DNA of 64,000 nt from Hydrolagus colliei. Its lineage: Eukaryota. Where the stretch lies: contig CM068743.1 in assembly GCA_035084275.1 (NCBI GenBank), positions 95,666,001-95,730,000 on the forward strand, written 5' to 3'. A program made the translations under genes and the position numbers. Position 1 is the first letter of the stretch. Each line of letters opens with the position of its first letter. The notes beneath the pieces are model-generated. The model saw only the letters and a list, made by a program, of their open reading frames with translations, had not been told where the DNA came from and made no database searches. Positions 14,309-27,350 of the stretch are shown piece after piece.

Positions 14309-14362
14309 ATTCCGCCGAAAAAGAAAAGACGTTTTACCAAATCTTTTGGGCCGTTATTTCGC
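14309..14362 (+). CDS. AZIN1 uCC (AUU-initiated conserved uORF), part 1: IPPKKKRRFTKSFGPLFR
   Basis: ATT at 14309 with A at -3; 18 codons to a phase-0 GTAAGT donor; resembles the vertebrate AZIN1 uCC N-terminus. Confidence 0.9.
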
Positions 14363-17300
14363 GTAAGTTACACTTATTTATTTTTAATCGCCGTGGATGG
14401 TAGTGGCGAGGATTTGTTTTTGCCAGACTGAAATGCCGTTGAGTACAGATATTGCGTGTACGTGTGTAAGAAGTGTTGTCTAATGTAGGGTGGTATCTTT
14501 TTGGAGATGAATTGCACGGTTTTACATGTTATAATCGGCTTGTGTGTGATGTTAAGATGTCCGTGTTTGAGAGACACAACAGTTAAGAATCCATCCCCAC
14601 CCTCGTTCTCGGCCTTCACTCTGTTTGAAGGAGAGTCCGGAAATCCCAGCTTCCTCGACGGCGGAACCCCCGCCCCCTCGTCGCGTTGATTGGCGGAGCG
14701 GGCGGCCGACCGGCCTTCCTTTGGCTGGGACGCCCGTCAATCGTAGCACGTCACAATAAAACGGAGTTTGGGATTCCATTGAAAGCGTTGTGGGTGACGG
14801 TTAAGAATAACGGATTCGACATCTTAAAACCTTTTTGAAATAGTATAGAAAAAGGAAAGAGACGCGAGTGTCAAAAATACTCAGGTTCGCGGTAGTCTCG
14901 ACGCTGAGACGAGTTAGGTTTGACGGGAAGCGAGGTGGGGGAGAGGTTTAAGATGTCGTTTAACTGCGCATTTAAGATTATTCCTTTTAAAAAAAATATT
15001 GAACATAGAATAAAACGCGAGGATTTCCTCTTCTTAACGAGTCAGTGTAAGACCCGATACCGGGTTCCTAATGTCACCAACAGCCCCAAGCAAAGGAAAC
15101 CCCAGGGTTGCAATGATGGCCGCCGGCCGCCCATGTGGCAGTGGCGGGACAGGACAGGCGAGTACCACACCTGTTCCCGACACTTCCAGTTAAGGGAAGC
15201 AGTGCCATGACTATGGTTGAACCTCTGCTCACAGGTTGTGTTAACCTGAGACACTAGAGTCTGTTTTAGAGACTGACTCGCTTCGTTGTCATCCTCTAAA
15301 CTTAATCCTACTAACGCGCCTCCAAAAGATCCCAACTGACTGAATAACCCGCGATAAGAGCTGGAGGGGAAACCGAACCTCCCAATTTTGCTTTCCTGCT
15401 CGTTGTTTCATTTGTTTCTGCGACATAGACTTTCCAGGGCTGCTGTTTGGGGAAAGGCATAAAAGACACCCTTAATTTCCACCCCCACCCATCAGTTCAT
15501 TGAACTCCCGACATTTTAACTTTCTGTCAGAAGATGCTTAAAACATTTTGTTCAAAACATTTTATACCCGCTCTGCGCCACCAGTCACTCCCCAACACAA
15601 ACACACAAGCCACAGAAAATGTGACACCTTGAAACGCATACAATTAAAAAATGTAAACACAAAGCTACTTTGTGAAACAGAAACACAAATGAATTTCAGG
15701 TTTACTAAAGCTGGAACAATCGAATTTGAGGCGTTATTAATGTGTTTTATTATTCTCTATTCTACCCTCCTCCACCCATCCGTTTCTGATTTTATAAAGG
15801 CGCCCAATATCCCAGCCTGGCGAGCGAAAGCGGCTCTCTTGGGGCCATGTGTTGAGTTTATTTTATTTGGTATAAATTGTGGCTGAAAATATTCCGGTTG
15901 GGACTTGCACTGGTCAGAATGATGCCATTGTTACATGTGAACAATCGTGCCATCCTGCCGGCTGCGGCGAGTGGGGAGACAGCCAGCAGTGAGGGCGGGA
16001 GGGAGGCAAGCACAGCCTGCAGTCCCATGGGGGAATAGGGGGGAAAAGTGCATAGGAAGTTTCTGAACCCTGTGACTTTTCCCCTAAATGTTTAAGAAGG
16101 TGATTTTTTTTTGTTTGCAAATGCTGCAAACTTCTGCTATCTTGGCATGCCGCCACAACTACTTTTTATTCAATTGTTGATTACTGTATTTTCTATATTC
16201 CTATAATATCTTCATTAGATCTTTGTTATATCCTGTCTGAGTTTCGCCCTCAAAATATACAGTCAATTCACTATACCGTATATTCTGTGAAGCGCTAAGC
16301 CTACTCAATGACATGATAAGGTGCTATTATCAAATGCGAAGATTATTATTATCCAAATTGATGTTATCGCTCATCTGTTTCTTAAGGTATTTTGTTTCAT
16401 TCTATGTTGTCGATCATGCACAACAATTTGGAAATGCCCAATAAAACTACTCTGCTGGCTGTAATAAAGACGATTAAATGTTAAAAATAAAGAATTGAAT
16501 TAGATTGATGGTGGCTACACTGAAATGTGGATTTAAACATAATCCAGCCATTTGATATGTTGCCTTCTCACGTCATCGAAGTCTTTGTGCAGTTCATAGG
16601 ATTTTACTGTAAAGTGTTGTAACTATTTATAGGTATACAGCGGCCAATTTGTACACAGCAATATCCCACAAATGGCCTTGGAGTGAATGACAAGTTTTAT
16701 TTGTGGGATTATCACCAGGAAAAAACTTCTTGCCTAAACAGGCAGATGGTTTAATATCTCATCCAAAGGATAGCACTTCCAACTATGCAGATGAATTGAG
16801 TGTCACCTTCGGTGTCATCTTAGAGAGTTAAAAGTTCCAATGTGGGCTTGAACCCATAATGTTCTGACTCGGAGGCAAGAGTGCTACAATTGAATCACAG
16901 TATTTGCAATTGCAAAATGCAAACTCTAATCCTAAATAATATGGTACTCATCACTGCATGCTCAAAATAGACTTGATAACTTGTTAAAATCTGCCAAAAC
17001 ACTAAATTACCTATGGATTGGTCGTGAGAGGCTTTCTGTTCCAAAGATTTTGTTAAAAATTTAAGTGGTGCACATATAGATTACAAGATCCTCAAACGTG
17101 TGTACAAATCACTTCATGGTGTGGCTACCACTCACAACTTGCTTACACCTCACTCCACTGGAGAGAGCAAAGCAAAGGAATTAAGGCAAACATTTCCGTA
17201 CTTTTGAGGTGTAGTGGTTGAAAGCACACACGCACCTTTTGGTATGAAGGAGACCAAAGCCAGTTGAGCTCAGGTGGGTGGGTTGTGGAGTGGGGTGTAA

Positions 17301-20300
17301 ACAAGTTAGAGAGCTAGGGCAGTGCTAGATGTGTTAGTGAAGTATGACCAGGGGAGGCCCTCTTTATATGGGTTCTGTGGGATTCCAAGGTTGCTGCTGC
17401 AGTTAGCAAGAAGCCTGGATGGGATTGCAACAATGTAAATTCAGGGGCAAGCGCGTTTTGGGTTTTACTAATGCAGTATTGTTCTGAAATGTTGGATTGC
17501 TGTGGTTTGGTTATAATAAAGAGTGGCACCTCAGAAGAGATGTAGCATTTTATGTGTAACAACTTAATTTAAGACTTTTAGTGTCATAAAAATAAATGCT
17601 AGTTAATATAAATTAGTTCATATAACCAGAATACCGTTTTTGTCCTCGACTCGAGATGCCCCAACTCTGATCACGGAAGCATTGGGTAGCAAATGGCCAG
17701 TTTCATGACATTTGTTGCCCAATATGGGGCTCGATTAATTAACAATCATACATATTTAAAAAATATTAGCAGTAAAAGCAACAAGTCAAATGTAAAAGTC
17801 CTTTGAAGAATATAATTTTTTTCCTGAAGAGGACTACATTAAAGAGGAAAATGACCAAGATGGTTAAAAGTGTTCTGAGAAAGATTGTGTCCAGGAACGA
17901 GTTAGACAGGTTTGGCAAATTCCAGGAAAGATACAAAGAATGGAATGAAGATTGTTGTTGGGATTAAAATGGGGATTATGATGATGAGTATTATCCGTAT
18001 AGCAAAAAGGACAAAAGAACTAATAATGGTCTGGAATACGTTGATTGTATAGTAAAGGAAAGGGAGAGGCCGAATGGGAGACAGAATCAGTTTTACAAAG
18101 TGAGCACGAACAATATATACAGGGTCACAGGAGAAAGGACAGAATTCCAATGGACAGGAGAAGAGATAAGTCTCATTCAGATAACAAGGAAATGGACACA
18201 GTATGAAAAGTTTGTGCTAGATTATGCTGAAGCTTGTACACAAAATGAAGCAGAGGACACATAAGGCTATGCCCACCTTGAGAGTATGATTGATTTAATG
18301 AGTATATGTCTGTAACTTTGCAGTGTAAAATGCTCTTGACAGGAAGCCTTGTGATGTGCCTTTAAAAACTCTTATGTGTCATTTTGTAATGGTGTAGCAG
18401 TGTTTAATGAGACAATGAAAGTTGGAGCTCCAGGTAGTCAATGGAAAGTAGGAGAAAAAAAGGAGCAAAGGAAAATCAAGAAAGAGGAGTTAGAGCAACA
18501 GGTCAAAGCAACCAAGGACATAAGAGCTGTGGAAAAGGGTAAGAAAACCTAGAGGGACAGACTCATTAGAGACTAGGCACCAGTGCATTCCCTACAAGAG
18601 GCAATGAAGATAAATAATCTGGAATCTGAGGAGAGGAGATTAAAATGGGCAGACCAGGAGAGGGAAACATGGGATGTTAAAACAGAGGAGAAAAAAGGAG
18701 ACTATGTAACCCCCCCCCCCCCCATTTTAACCTAAAACATAAAAGGCAGGGTCCAATTCTTCACTCAGACATTTGGATATCATCTCACTGATGCTCCATG
18801 TAAGGCAGGGTTCAGCCTCATTAATGACTATGGTCCTAGTAGAAGAGATGAGGAAACCGTTTTGAAATATCAGTCAGGAAGCCAAAGGTTGGGAAAACCT
18901 TGGCAGAACCACTGGTGAGAGTAGCCAGATTGTTGTTAACCTGAAACCTGCTGTTATAGAGGAGTTAAATCTTTGATGGGATCAGTGGGAAATGGAAGCC
19001 TGGAAGATTTATTTGCCTTATATCCCTATGGTCGATCAATCGTGAATAACCCAAATAGAAACCACTCAGATGTATTTATGTAGTGTGGTAAACAGAACAG
19101 ATCACAGTCTGATAGACCCCACTTGGGAGCAACCAGTACAGGTACTCAAAGAAAAGTTTGAAAAAGATAAAGGCAGTGAAACATGAAGATGCTGAAATAC
19201 TGGCTAATGCAGTAAAGGGAAATTTCCCAACCACTAAATGGGTAGAAATATTTTTGGACTCTCCCCACTGAGTCAAAAACGTGTGTGCTGTCAGGATACC
19301 AGACCACTGGAGACTCCAGTGACCTGTAGAATTAACAAAAAGGGCAGTCAGACATTTTGACTTAAGAAATCAGACCTGAGTGCTGGAAAACCTTGGGAGA
19401 AACTCACCGATGGGAATTGAGAGCAAACAGGCAGTAAAAAACAAGAACCTCTGGGAATATTTCCCTATTGTAGAAACCAGGGACCAAAAGGAGGAGAATT
19501 GTATGATTCCATGCACTCCACACCCTCACCCTCACAAATGCCCCCAATAAAATATTTCCCGCAAGGAGAAGAGACAATACAAGTCCAGAGATAGGAACTC
19601 AGTGAAATAGTTCACTATCTTCGCCCCAAACCCTTTAAATCTGGTAACTATAAGAAGCCCCAAGGTAAGAAAGTGAACCAGCCTGGTCATCGTATAAGTA
19701 AATGGCTGGTAGCTCTGACCGACCCCATATCAATAACTTGATCAGTGATTAGACAGTGAGGGCTTTGTTAGATACAGGGCCTGGGGCAACCTTAGATTAA
19801 ATAAACTGGTACAGAGTGAGTATACTACTAAAGAATTAACCAAACTACAGGGAATTAATTAAAGCACATATCCCTAATGTAATGTATATTGTAGAGATAG
19901 GACGAGAAGGGGAACAACGACTCAGTGAGCACGTGAGATCCTTGTCCTCACTTTCAAGGCCATTCACGGCCTTGCCCCTGTCTATCTCCGATCTGCTGTC
20001 TTCCTATTCGCCTGCCCGTCCCCTCCATTCAGCAAGCTCTGGCCTGCTCCGTGTCCACCGCCCAAACCACCTGACCATCGGTGGCCAGGCTCTCCGCCTC
20101 TCTGCTCCCACACTGTGGAACTCCATCCCACAGTCCTTCCGCCTTGCTTCCTCCCTTTCCGCCTTCCAAGTCGATCTCAAGATCTTCCTCTGACTGCACC
20201 TTCGGTTCCCCTCCTAACTCTTCCCCTTCCCCTACTCTCCTTCCCCGACCCCCCCCCGCTCAGGTCCCGAACTAACTGTTCAGCACCTTGGGATGTCCTC

Positions 20301-20467
20301 CTGACAAGTCATTTTGTTGTTGTTGACTCACTAAACTGCCCCCTAATTGGAATAAGGTGTTATACTTTGATGGTTCTTGTCACAAAGTGAACAGGGTCAA
20401 ATCAGCAGGAGCAGGGATTGTTTCTTCTTTTGAAACATGCAAGTTATAGTACATTTCACAACATAAG

Positions 20468-20760
20468 AAAGCTTTCAAACATTCACAGTGTAGCAGCATT
20501 TTTGTCGTTGGGGGTCTTTAGGTCACATATCTGGATAAATTGTGGTTTCAAAGCCTACAGATGTTTGATTTGTGATGGGACATTCACTATGAATTGTAGC
20601 CTAAAGTGTCATGTCAACCCATAGTGAAGCACATCTTTTCATGTGTCTGAATTGCCAAAAGGCTTTCAAGACTTCTATGAACAGTTAAAAGCATATGAAA
20701 ATGCATGGGTACAAACTTGCTACAGCAGGTCTTGCTTTGTGATGATGTCTTGGTAGGTCA
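20468..20760 (+). pseudogene. ZNF236-like C2H2 zinc-finger pseudogene fragment, part 1
   Basis: With two frameshifts and a stop: KAFKHSQC/AAFLSLGVFRSHIWINCGFKAYRCLICDGTFTMNCSLKCHVN/HSEAHLFMCLNCQKAFKTSMNS*KHMKMHGYKLA; matches recalled ZNF236 finger triplet. Confidence 0.75.
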
Positions 20761-21068
20761 CAACAACTTGCACGTATATAGCACCAGCCACGCAGGATGG
20801 CGCCTCAGTGCTTAACAGTGGCAGAACCTGACTCTGGGCCGGGGTACGGTGAGGGGGTGGGGAAGCAGGTGACCATAAGCACGGTCAAAAAGGAAGGTTT
20901 TGATAATAATAATCCTTGCATTTGATATAACACTTTTCGCATCTTCTAGATGTCTCAAAGCACTTCACAGAATATACTGTAAAATGAATTCACTGTATAT
21001 TTGTGGGCGAAATGCAGTAATTGGTTACATACAGCAGTGTTCCACAAACCGTCGTGGAATTGAAGTGA

Positions 21069-21590
21069 TCATAGAATTTTATGGCACAAAAGGAGGCCAT
21101 TCAGCTCATCTAGTCTGTGCCGTCTCTTAGAAAAGAACAACTCAATCCCACTGCCCCGCTCTCTCCCCACAACCTAACAGACCTGTTCTCGCTAAATAAA
21201 GATCTAATTCTCTTTTAAAAGCTATCGAATCGGCCTCCACCACCTTTTCAGGCAATGCATTCCAGATTCAAACAACCAGATGAGTGAAAACATTTCTCCT
21301 CAGCTCCCCTCTGCTTCGTTTTGAAACTATTTTAAATCTGCGACCACGAGTCACAGATTCGCCCACCAGTGGAAACAGTTTTTCCTTATTCACCCTGTCG
21401 AATCCCCTCATGATTTTATAAACCTCTATTAGGTCTCCTCTCAACCTTTTCTGTTCCAAAGAGAATAAACCTAGCCTATCTAGCCTTTCCCCATATCTGA
21501 AGTCCCTCAATCCTGGTACCATTCTAGTAAACCTTCTTTGCACCCTTTCCAATGCCTTAACATCCTTTCTATGGTGTGGTGACCAGGATT
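21069..21590 (-). mobile_element. CR1-type LINE 3' fragment
   Basis: ORF 21268-21621: KALERVQRRFTRMVPGL...LEQKRLRGDLIEVYKIM. Confidence 0.9.
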
Positions 21591-22255
21591 GTGTGTGTTG
21601 TGTGCCTGCGTGTGATTGCATCTGTATTTGTCTGAGTGTGTTTTTTGTTCTGTGTGTTTTCCTGTGTGAGTGATTGTCTCTGTCTCTGTGTGTCTGTGTC
21701 TTTATGCTCGCATTAGTTTTCTGTTAGATTTCCTGTGTATGTTTTTCTGTGCCGGCAGCCTGGGAGAGAGAGAGGGAGAGAGGCAGGCAGGCACGCAGGC
21801 AGGGAGGGAGGGAGGGAGGGAGGGAGAGCGGCAGGCAGGCAGCCCGGCAGCCCGGGAGAGAGGCAGGCCGGCAGCCCGGGAGAGAGGCAGGCCGGCAGCC
21901 CGGGAGAGAGGCAGGCCGGCAGCCCGGGAGAGAGAGAGGGAGAGAGGCAGGCCGGCACGCAGGCAGGGAGGGAGGGAGAGAGAGCGGCAGGGAGTGAGAC
22001 AGGCAGAAGGTAAGCACAGCACTGAAGTCCGCTGCTGCTGCCCGGGCGGCCGAGGCCGAAGGCCCGTCACCCGCTCCTCCCAACCCCCGCCGGACACTGA
22101 CCAAACCCCGGCTGACAGCGCGCCGGCCGCCCCTCCTATTTACTGTATCTCCGAGGCTCAAAATCTCTTGTATCTGCGTATAGGGCGCACCCCCTACTTT
22201 CGAGATCTTCCGACCTGAAAAAAAAGTGCGCCTTATACGCGGAGATATACGGTAG
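21590..22255. mobile_element. Truncated Tc2/pogo-like element with a 24-bp GC-rich tandem repeat
   Basis: One TIR-like end GTGCGCCTTATACGCGGAGATATACGG+TA; unit gcaggccggcagcccgggagagag about 4 times at ~21830-21960. Confidence 0.55.
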
Positions 22256-22559
22256 TTACTATTGTTTTGTTTCTTGAGGGATTATAATCAAGTGTGAGAA
22301 AAGTTGCCCAAGGTTTCACTCTACTGGGAATCAGGTCTCTCACCTGAGACGAGACGAGTACTCTAATCACTGAACTAAACAGAACTCCATGTGAGTTTTG
22401 AAGAAGGGGAAAGGGGGGCAAGGTGGAGGGATTGAGAAAGAGTGTTCTACAGTTTTGGGAGGTAGAGGCTGATAGCCTGACCTCCAATGGTGAAGCGGAG
22501 TTTGCGAGGGGCAAGTAGGGAAATCCTGTGTCCCGTCCCGTCTCTCCCCCCCACCCCCC

Positions 22560-23410
22560 CACCCCCCACCCACTTGGGTCCCGACCTGACTGTTCAGCGC
22601 TTTGGGACGTCCTCCCGATGTGAAAGGCACTTTATAATTGCAATTTTGTTGTTGTTGTAGGAGGCTAGCGTAGTTGGGGGCAGATTGGAAAAGAGGAGGT
22701 TGGAGAGATACAGGTGCCAGGGAGTGAATGGATTTGAACACAAGTGTGAGGATCCTGAAGTCTCTAGGTTTGGTAATGACCAGAACTGGTAAGATGGGGA
22801 TAGAGAGTTTGGTCCAGATAAGTATACGGGTGGCAATGTTCTGAAAGAGCTGGATTTTTTGAATAGTGGGGCCGGGGAGACTGGCATTTGAGTAATCCAG
22901 GGCGAAAGTGACAAACAATTGCACAAGCATTTTAGCTGCATTTGGGATAAGATACTGTCGGTGGTGGGCAATGTGGCAGAGATAAAGGAATGCAGTTCTG
23001 GTTAGGGACCGGGTGTGGGGTAGGATGGAAAGCTGGGATGGAACCGAATGCTTAGATTGCACACTGATTCTGTGAGTCTGAGAGAGAGCTGAGGGAGGTT
23101 GGAGAGTGCAGATCTGCAGGAGTGAAGACATTAATGGGAGCCAAGGAGTATGGCTTCTGTCTTATCCGCATTCAACTGCAGAAAATTTGCACTTGTCCTG
23201 GACCTGGAGTCAATGCTAGAGGAGGCAAAGTAGATTTGTGTGTCATCCGCATACATGTTGAAGTTTACCCAGTGTCTGGATGACATTATCAAGAGGGAGC
23301 ATATAGAAAATGAAAAGAAGTGGGCCAAGGATGGAAGGAGTCTTGCAGTAACCTGCAAGTGACCAGGCTGGGGGCAGAAAGCATTTGCTGAAATTAAGTG
23401 GAGGTGGATG
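22560..23410 (-). mobile_element. L2-type LINE fragment
   Basis: YADDTQIY, FLQLNADKTEAIL, LDYSN. Confidence 0.85.
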
Positions 23411-23427
23411 GTTTATACTATGGATCT

Positions 23428-23620
23428 GCATCTGCTAACAACCAAGCACAAACCCAAATTTAGGCAGGTGAGCTGGAGCAGCCAACGACATTCAATGCTG
23501 ACCAGCAATCCATGCATGGACTGAGGCAGGAACTAGCAGTAGCTTCCTTGCAGGGTGGTCTCGACCAGCAGCTTATGGACCAGCAGCTTGTACAAGATGA
23601 AGACACAAAGTGCTGCTGAC
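23428..23620 (+). pseudogene. ZNF236-like pseudogene fragment, part 2
   Basis: QTQI*AGELEQ...GGLDQQLMDQQLVQDED resembles the recalled ZNF236 linker (QVEIESDELPQ...AGLGQQLADQPLEADED) that follows those fingers. Confidence 0.6.
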
Positions 23621-25769
23621 ACAAGGACAGAGTGCCAGGAGTGTCATCTCAGAAGAATTCGAGTGACCTTTTGGAAGTCAGGATGAAAAATATTTTAACA
23701 ACAATTGGACTTTGACATCTTGGATATGGTTGTTGCAATTCACAGTTGTGGTGCCGAAGGTTGCAGATGATGACTATGATAATGGCACTGCTACATGGAA
23801 ATATCTGGCTGATTTGGTATTCTTTTGAATGTTCTTTTTATTGTTGTGTGTGTTGGGTTGTTTGATGTATATTATCCAGATTGTTGCCCGGTAATGCATC
23901 TTCATTCAGTTTTAGCTGCTTTGTTTCTGCCTTGTATGCTGTATGTGAGAGGAAAATATGTCCAGTGCCTTGGGATGTCCGTCTGAAGTGAAAGGCGCTA
24001 TACAAATGTAATGTTGTTTTGTTGTGACACTAAGGGGGGGAAATGTGGAGGTGGTGAATTCATGACCAGGAGGTCGTCTGCCCTTTTAAAGGGGTTCTGA
24101 GGGATGTCAAGTTGCAGAAGCTGCTTGTAGCAATTAGCCAGTTAGCAAGCAGCCTAGATTTGATTGCAACAACGTAGGGATTGGGGCAAGCATGTTAGGG
24201 TTTTAATGCAGTATTCTTCTGAGAGTTGTTATCATAGATATGTTGTTGGATTGCTATGTTTGCTCGAATTGTTGTATGTCTTGAACTTTTATGATCTTAA
24301 GTGCAAGGTGGTCTAGGGTATTGCTAGGTTATAATAGAGTTTCACCTTGGGAGGGGTAAGTGCCAGCATTTCATGTGTTGCAACTCACACTTAATGTAAG
24401 GCTTTGGGATATCGTAAAAATATATACAGTACATATTTGTGCATTTAAATTAGTTAATATAACCAGGAAACCTGTTTCGTCCATCTGACTCGAGAAACCC
24501 CTACTCTGATCTTTGAAGCATTGGTTATCAAATACCAAGCTCTGTGACACAGAGTATGAAATGATTTAGACACTGGTTTAGACAATCTATACTTTCTGTA
24601 ATAGTGTGCCAGTGCAGCCGAACAACTACAACAAAATTACATTCTACAGCACCCTTCGCATCGGGAGGCCATCCTAAGGTGCTGGACAATCTTTTTGGGG
24701 CCAGAGATGTTGATAATAATAATCCTTGCATTTGATATAGCGCTTTTCACATCTTATCGACATCTCAAAGTGCTTCACAAAATATACTGTAAAGTGAATT
24801 GACTGTATATTTGTGGGTGAAATGCGGCAGCCAATTGCACACAGCAGTGTCCCACAAACAGTCGTGGATTGAAATGATCAATTTTATTATTGTGGTTTTT
24901 TTTGGATAGATTATTATTAGGCGTGTGTGGAGTAAGGAAACTTCCCCAATGTTTTGCCCTGATCTGCCTGGATTCAAACACAGTTCTCACGCTCTGTCAA
25001 AGAAATACAATAGAGAGGTGTATGTGATTCATTGAATATTGACAGTGTTATGATATTCAATGAAGACGGTTGTGTGGCAAACAAACTAGTTTTTGACAGG
25101 TCTCTTCAAATATAATATGCGTTTTCAACTCATTGTAAATTCGTACAGTGCTATTCAATGGTGACAATTTCACGAACAGTTAGAATTTGTTCTTTATCAG
25201 CTTCTAACCTCATAATCCTATGTGCAAAATTAGAGCTTCACTGTGTCCCACTAATAGGCTTGAATAATTGTCCTGGTAAATGCAAATTGCAATTATGGAA
25301 GGACAGATAGATATGTCCCACTTTTTGTGGGTGGGAAATGGGTACTTGTCAAGAGAAAGGATGTTAGTATAGTACTACTATCAATGAACAAACATAATTT
25401 CCACTTCTGTTGCCCGGTGTTAGCAGGAAGCACTTCCAGACCAGGAATACCACAGGATACATAAATTTTAAACCTCTTACAAGATCATGTTCTAATTATT
25501 TAAATCTCAGAACATTTCTCTCCTCCTCTTGCCCTGCCTGCCCTTCCCCATAAGAAGCACTTTCCATATTGGACTTAATGTAGTCTTTCTTTCTAATTTA
25601 ATTTGTTACAGTACTGTACTTTATTCATAAACCGAAATTTCATTCTTGATCAGATATTCATCCATCTTAAATTTTAAAGGAGCATTGGCATCAAGAAGGA
25701 ACATGTCATTTTGCCATTGATAGTTGCCCTGAATATAATCCTTGATCTCACCTTGAGCTGAAAAAACCA

Positions 25770-27350
25770 ACAACAACAAAATTACATTTATAGAGCGCCT
25801 TTCACATCGGGAGGACGTCCCAAGGCACTGAACAGTTAGGTCGGGACCCAAGGGGAGGGGAGGAGAGTGAGAGAGGGGGGAAGAGTTAGGAGGGGAGCAG
25901 AAGGCATGGTCGAAGAGGAAGGTCTTGAGACTGGCCTGAAAGAGGAAAGGGAGGAAGCGAGACGAAGGGATTGCGGGATGGAGCAGGCCAGAGCCCGCTG
26001 AATGGAGGGAACGGGCAGGCTATAGGGAGACAGCAGGTCAGAGAGATAGACAGGACAAGGTTGTGAATGGCTTTGAAAGTGAGGATGAGGATCTTGAATT
26101 CAATCCTCTGGGGGATGGGGAATCAGTGGAGACTGGCGAGCGTGGAAGTGATGTGGTCGAGGAGCCTAGTGCGGGAAAGTACACAAGCTGCAGAGTTCTG
26201 AATAATCTGCAGCTTGTGAAGGGGAGAGCTGGGAAGGCTGACGAGGAGGGAGTTCCCGTAGTCGAGCCTAGATGTGCTGAATGCGTGGATGAGTGTTTCG
26301 GCAGCGTGGGGGTTGAGGTAGTGACAGAGTATGGCAAAGTTGCAGAGGTGGTGGAACGCAGTACCAATCATGGCTCGGATTTGGGGGAGGAAGGACAGTT
26401 CAGGGTCGAACAAGATGCCCAGATGCCTGACTGACTTTGAGAAGTGGAGAGTGCAGCCTTGAATGCTGATGTTGCCAGCACCTGAGATGCGGAGGCACTG
26501 ACGCAAGTCAATCAGGGGGGCCTCCATCTTGTTGACGTTTAGTTGGAGGAAGGTGTCCCTCGTCTAGGACTCGATGTCAGATAGACACGCAGTCAGAATG
26601 CCAGTAGTCCTGGAGTCGAAGGTGGAAGCGGAAAGGTAATTTACCCCATGTCTGCGGATAATGTCACCGAGAGGATGGTAACATCCGAGACACTGAGGCC
26701 CCAGGTAATCACTAAGTCAAGCGGGTGGCCATGAACATGGGTGGCAATGTGGAGGGAGAGGTTGAGAGACGAGAGGAGGGAGGAGAATTCTGAGGAGGTG
26801 GAGCAAGAGAGGGTGAAGTGGAGGTTGAAGTCGCCAGGGATGATGAGGAGATCGGAGGAGGCGCAGTCTGAGAAGTCAGAGATGAAGGTTGGGGGGGATT
26901 TTGGGGGACGATAGTGTCCAGCGATATATCGGTTATATCGATATAACTTTTCATATCGATATGCCGATATTGGAATTTAAAATATATTGATATATTGAAA
27001 AATTTGGTATTAAAAATTATATTGGTATATCGTTTCTGGCGATATATCGGTATAATGCAAACTTTTCCAACTTACCTTGTCGCCGGCATTGCAAACCTCC
27101 TTGGCCGAGAGCACGGAAGGCGCACGCATATCGGAATGCGCGCATACATCCGAATACGCGCGCACCTTTTAATGCGCGCGTGCATGTGCAGTATTGAAAA
27201 ACCCGGAAATCTCGATATATCAGTATATATCGATATGAGCCAACCAATATATCGATATCTGAAAATTTCCATATCGACGGACCCTAGGGGACGGTAAACC
27301 AGGAGGATTTTGAGGGAGAGATGGGAGAAGTGGCAGAGGGTGAGGTGTTC
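25770..27350 (-). mobile_element. L2-type LINE (internally deleted), interrupted by a hAT MITE
   Basis: SRLDYGNSLL..LQIIQNSAA; endonuclease-like GDFNLH near 26820; (TTG)n tail at 25770. Confidence 0.85.
26912..27286. mobile_element. hAT-type MITE
   Basis: TIR TAGTGTCC / GGACCCTA, 8-bp TSD GGGGACGA/GGGGACGG, ATATCG subterminal repeats. Confidence 0.85.

Larger units (their letters stand above)
14188..14362 (+). other. AZIN1: AZIN1 exon 1 (5' leader; start approximate)
   Basis: Follows TATA box; ends CGC|GTAAGT donor at 14362/14363; 3' part matches my recollection of the mammalian AZIN1 leader (AAAATTCCGCCGAAAAAG...TTTGGGCCGTTAT). Confidence 0.85.
17284..24530 (+). mobile_element. Decayed LTR retroelement (ERV/Gypsy-like) with nested insertions, in AZIN1 intron 1
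   Basis: Diverged direct repeats 17284-17691 and 24044-24530, both TGTGGAG...CA; PBS-like TGG at 17694; PPT AAGGGGGGGAAA before 24044; protease motif VRALLDTG at 19756-19779. No TSD found. Confidence 0.75.

Noticed and set aside
21830-21960. CRISPR-like array
   Set aside because: Contiguous tandem units with no spacers, eukaryotic context, no cas genes
21670-22218. Stacked ORFs with RPAARERG repeats
   Set aside because: Translation of a 24-bp tandem repeat inside a transposon remnant
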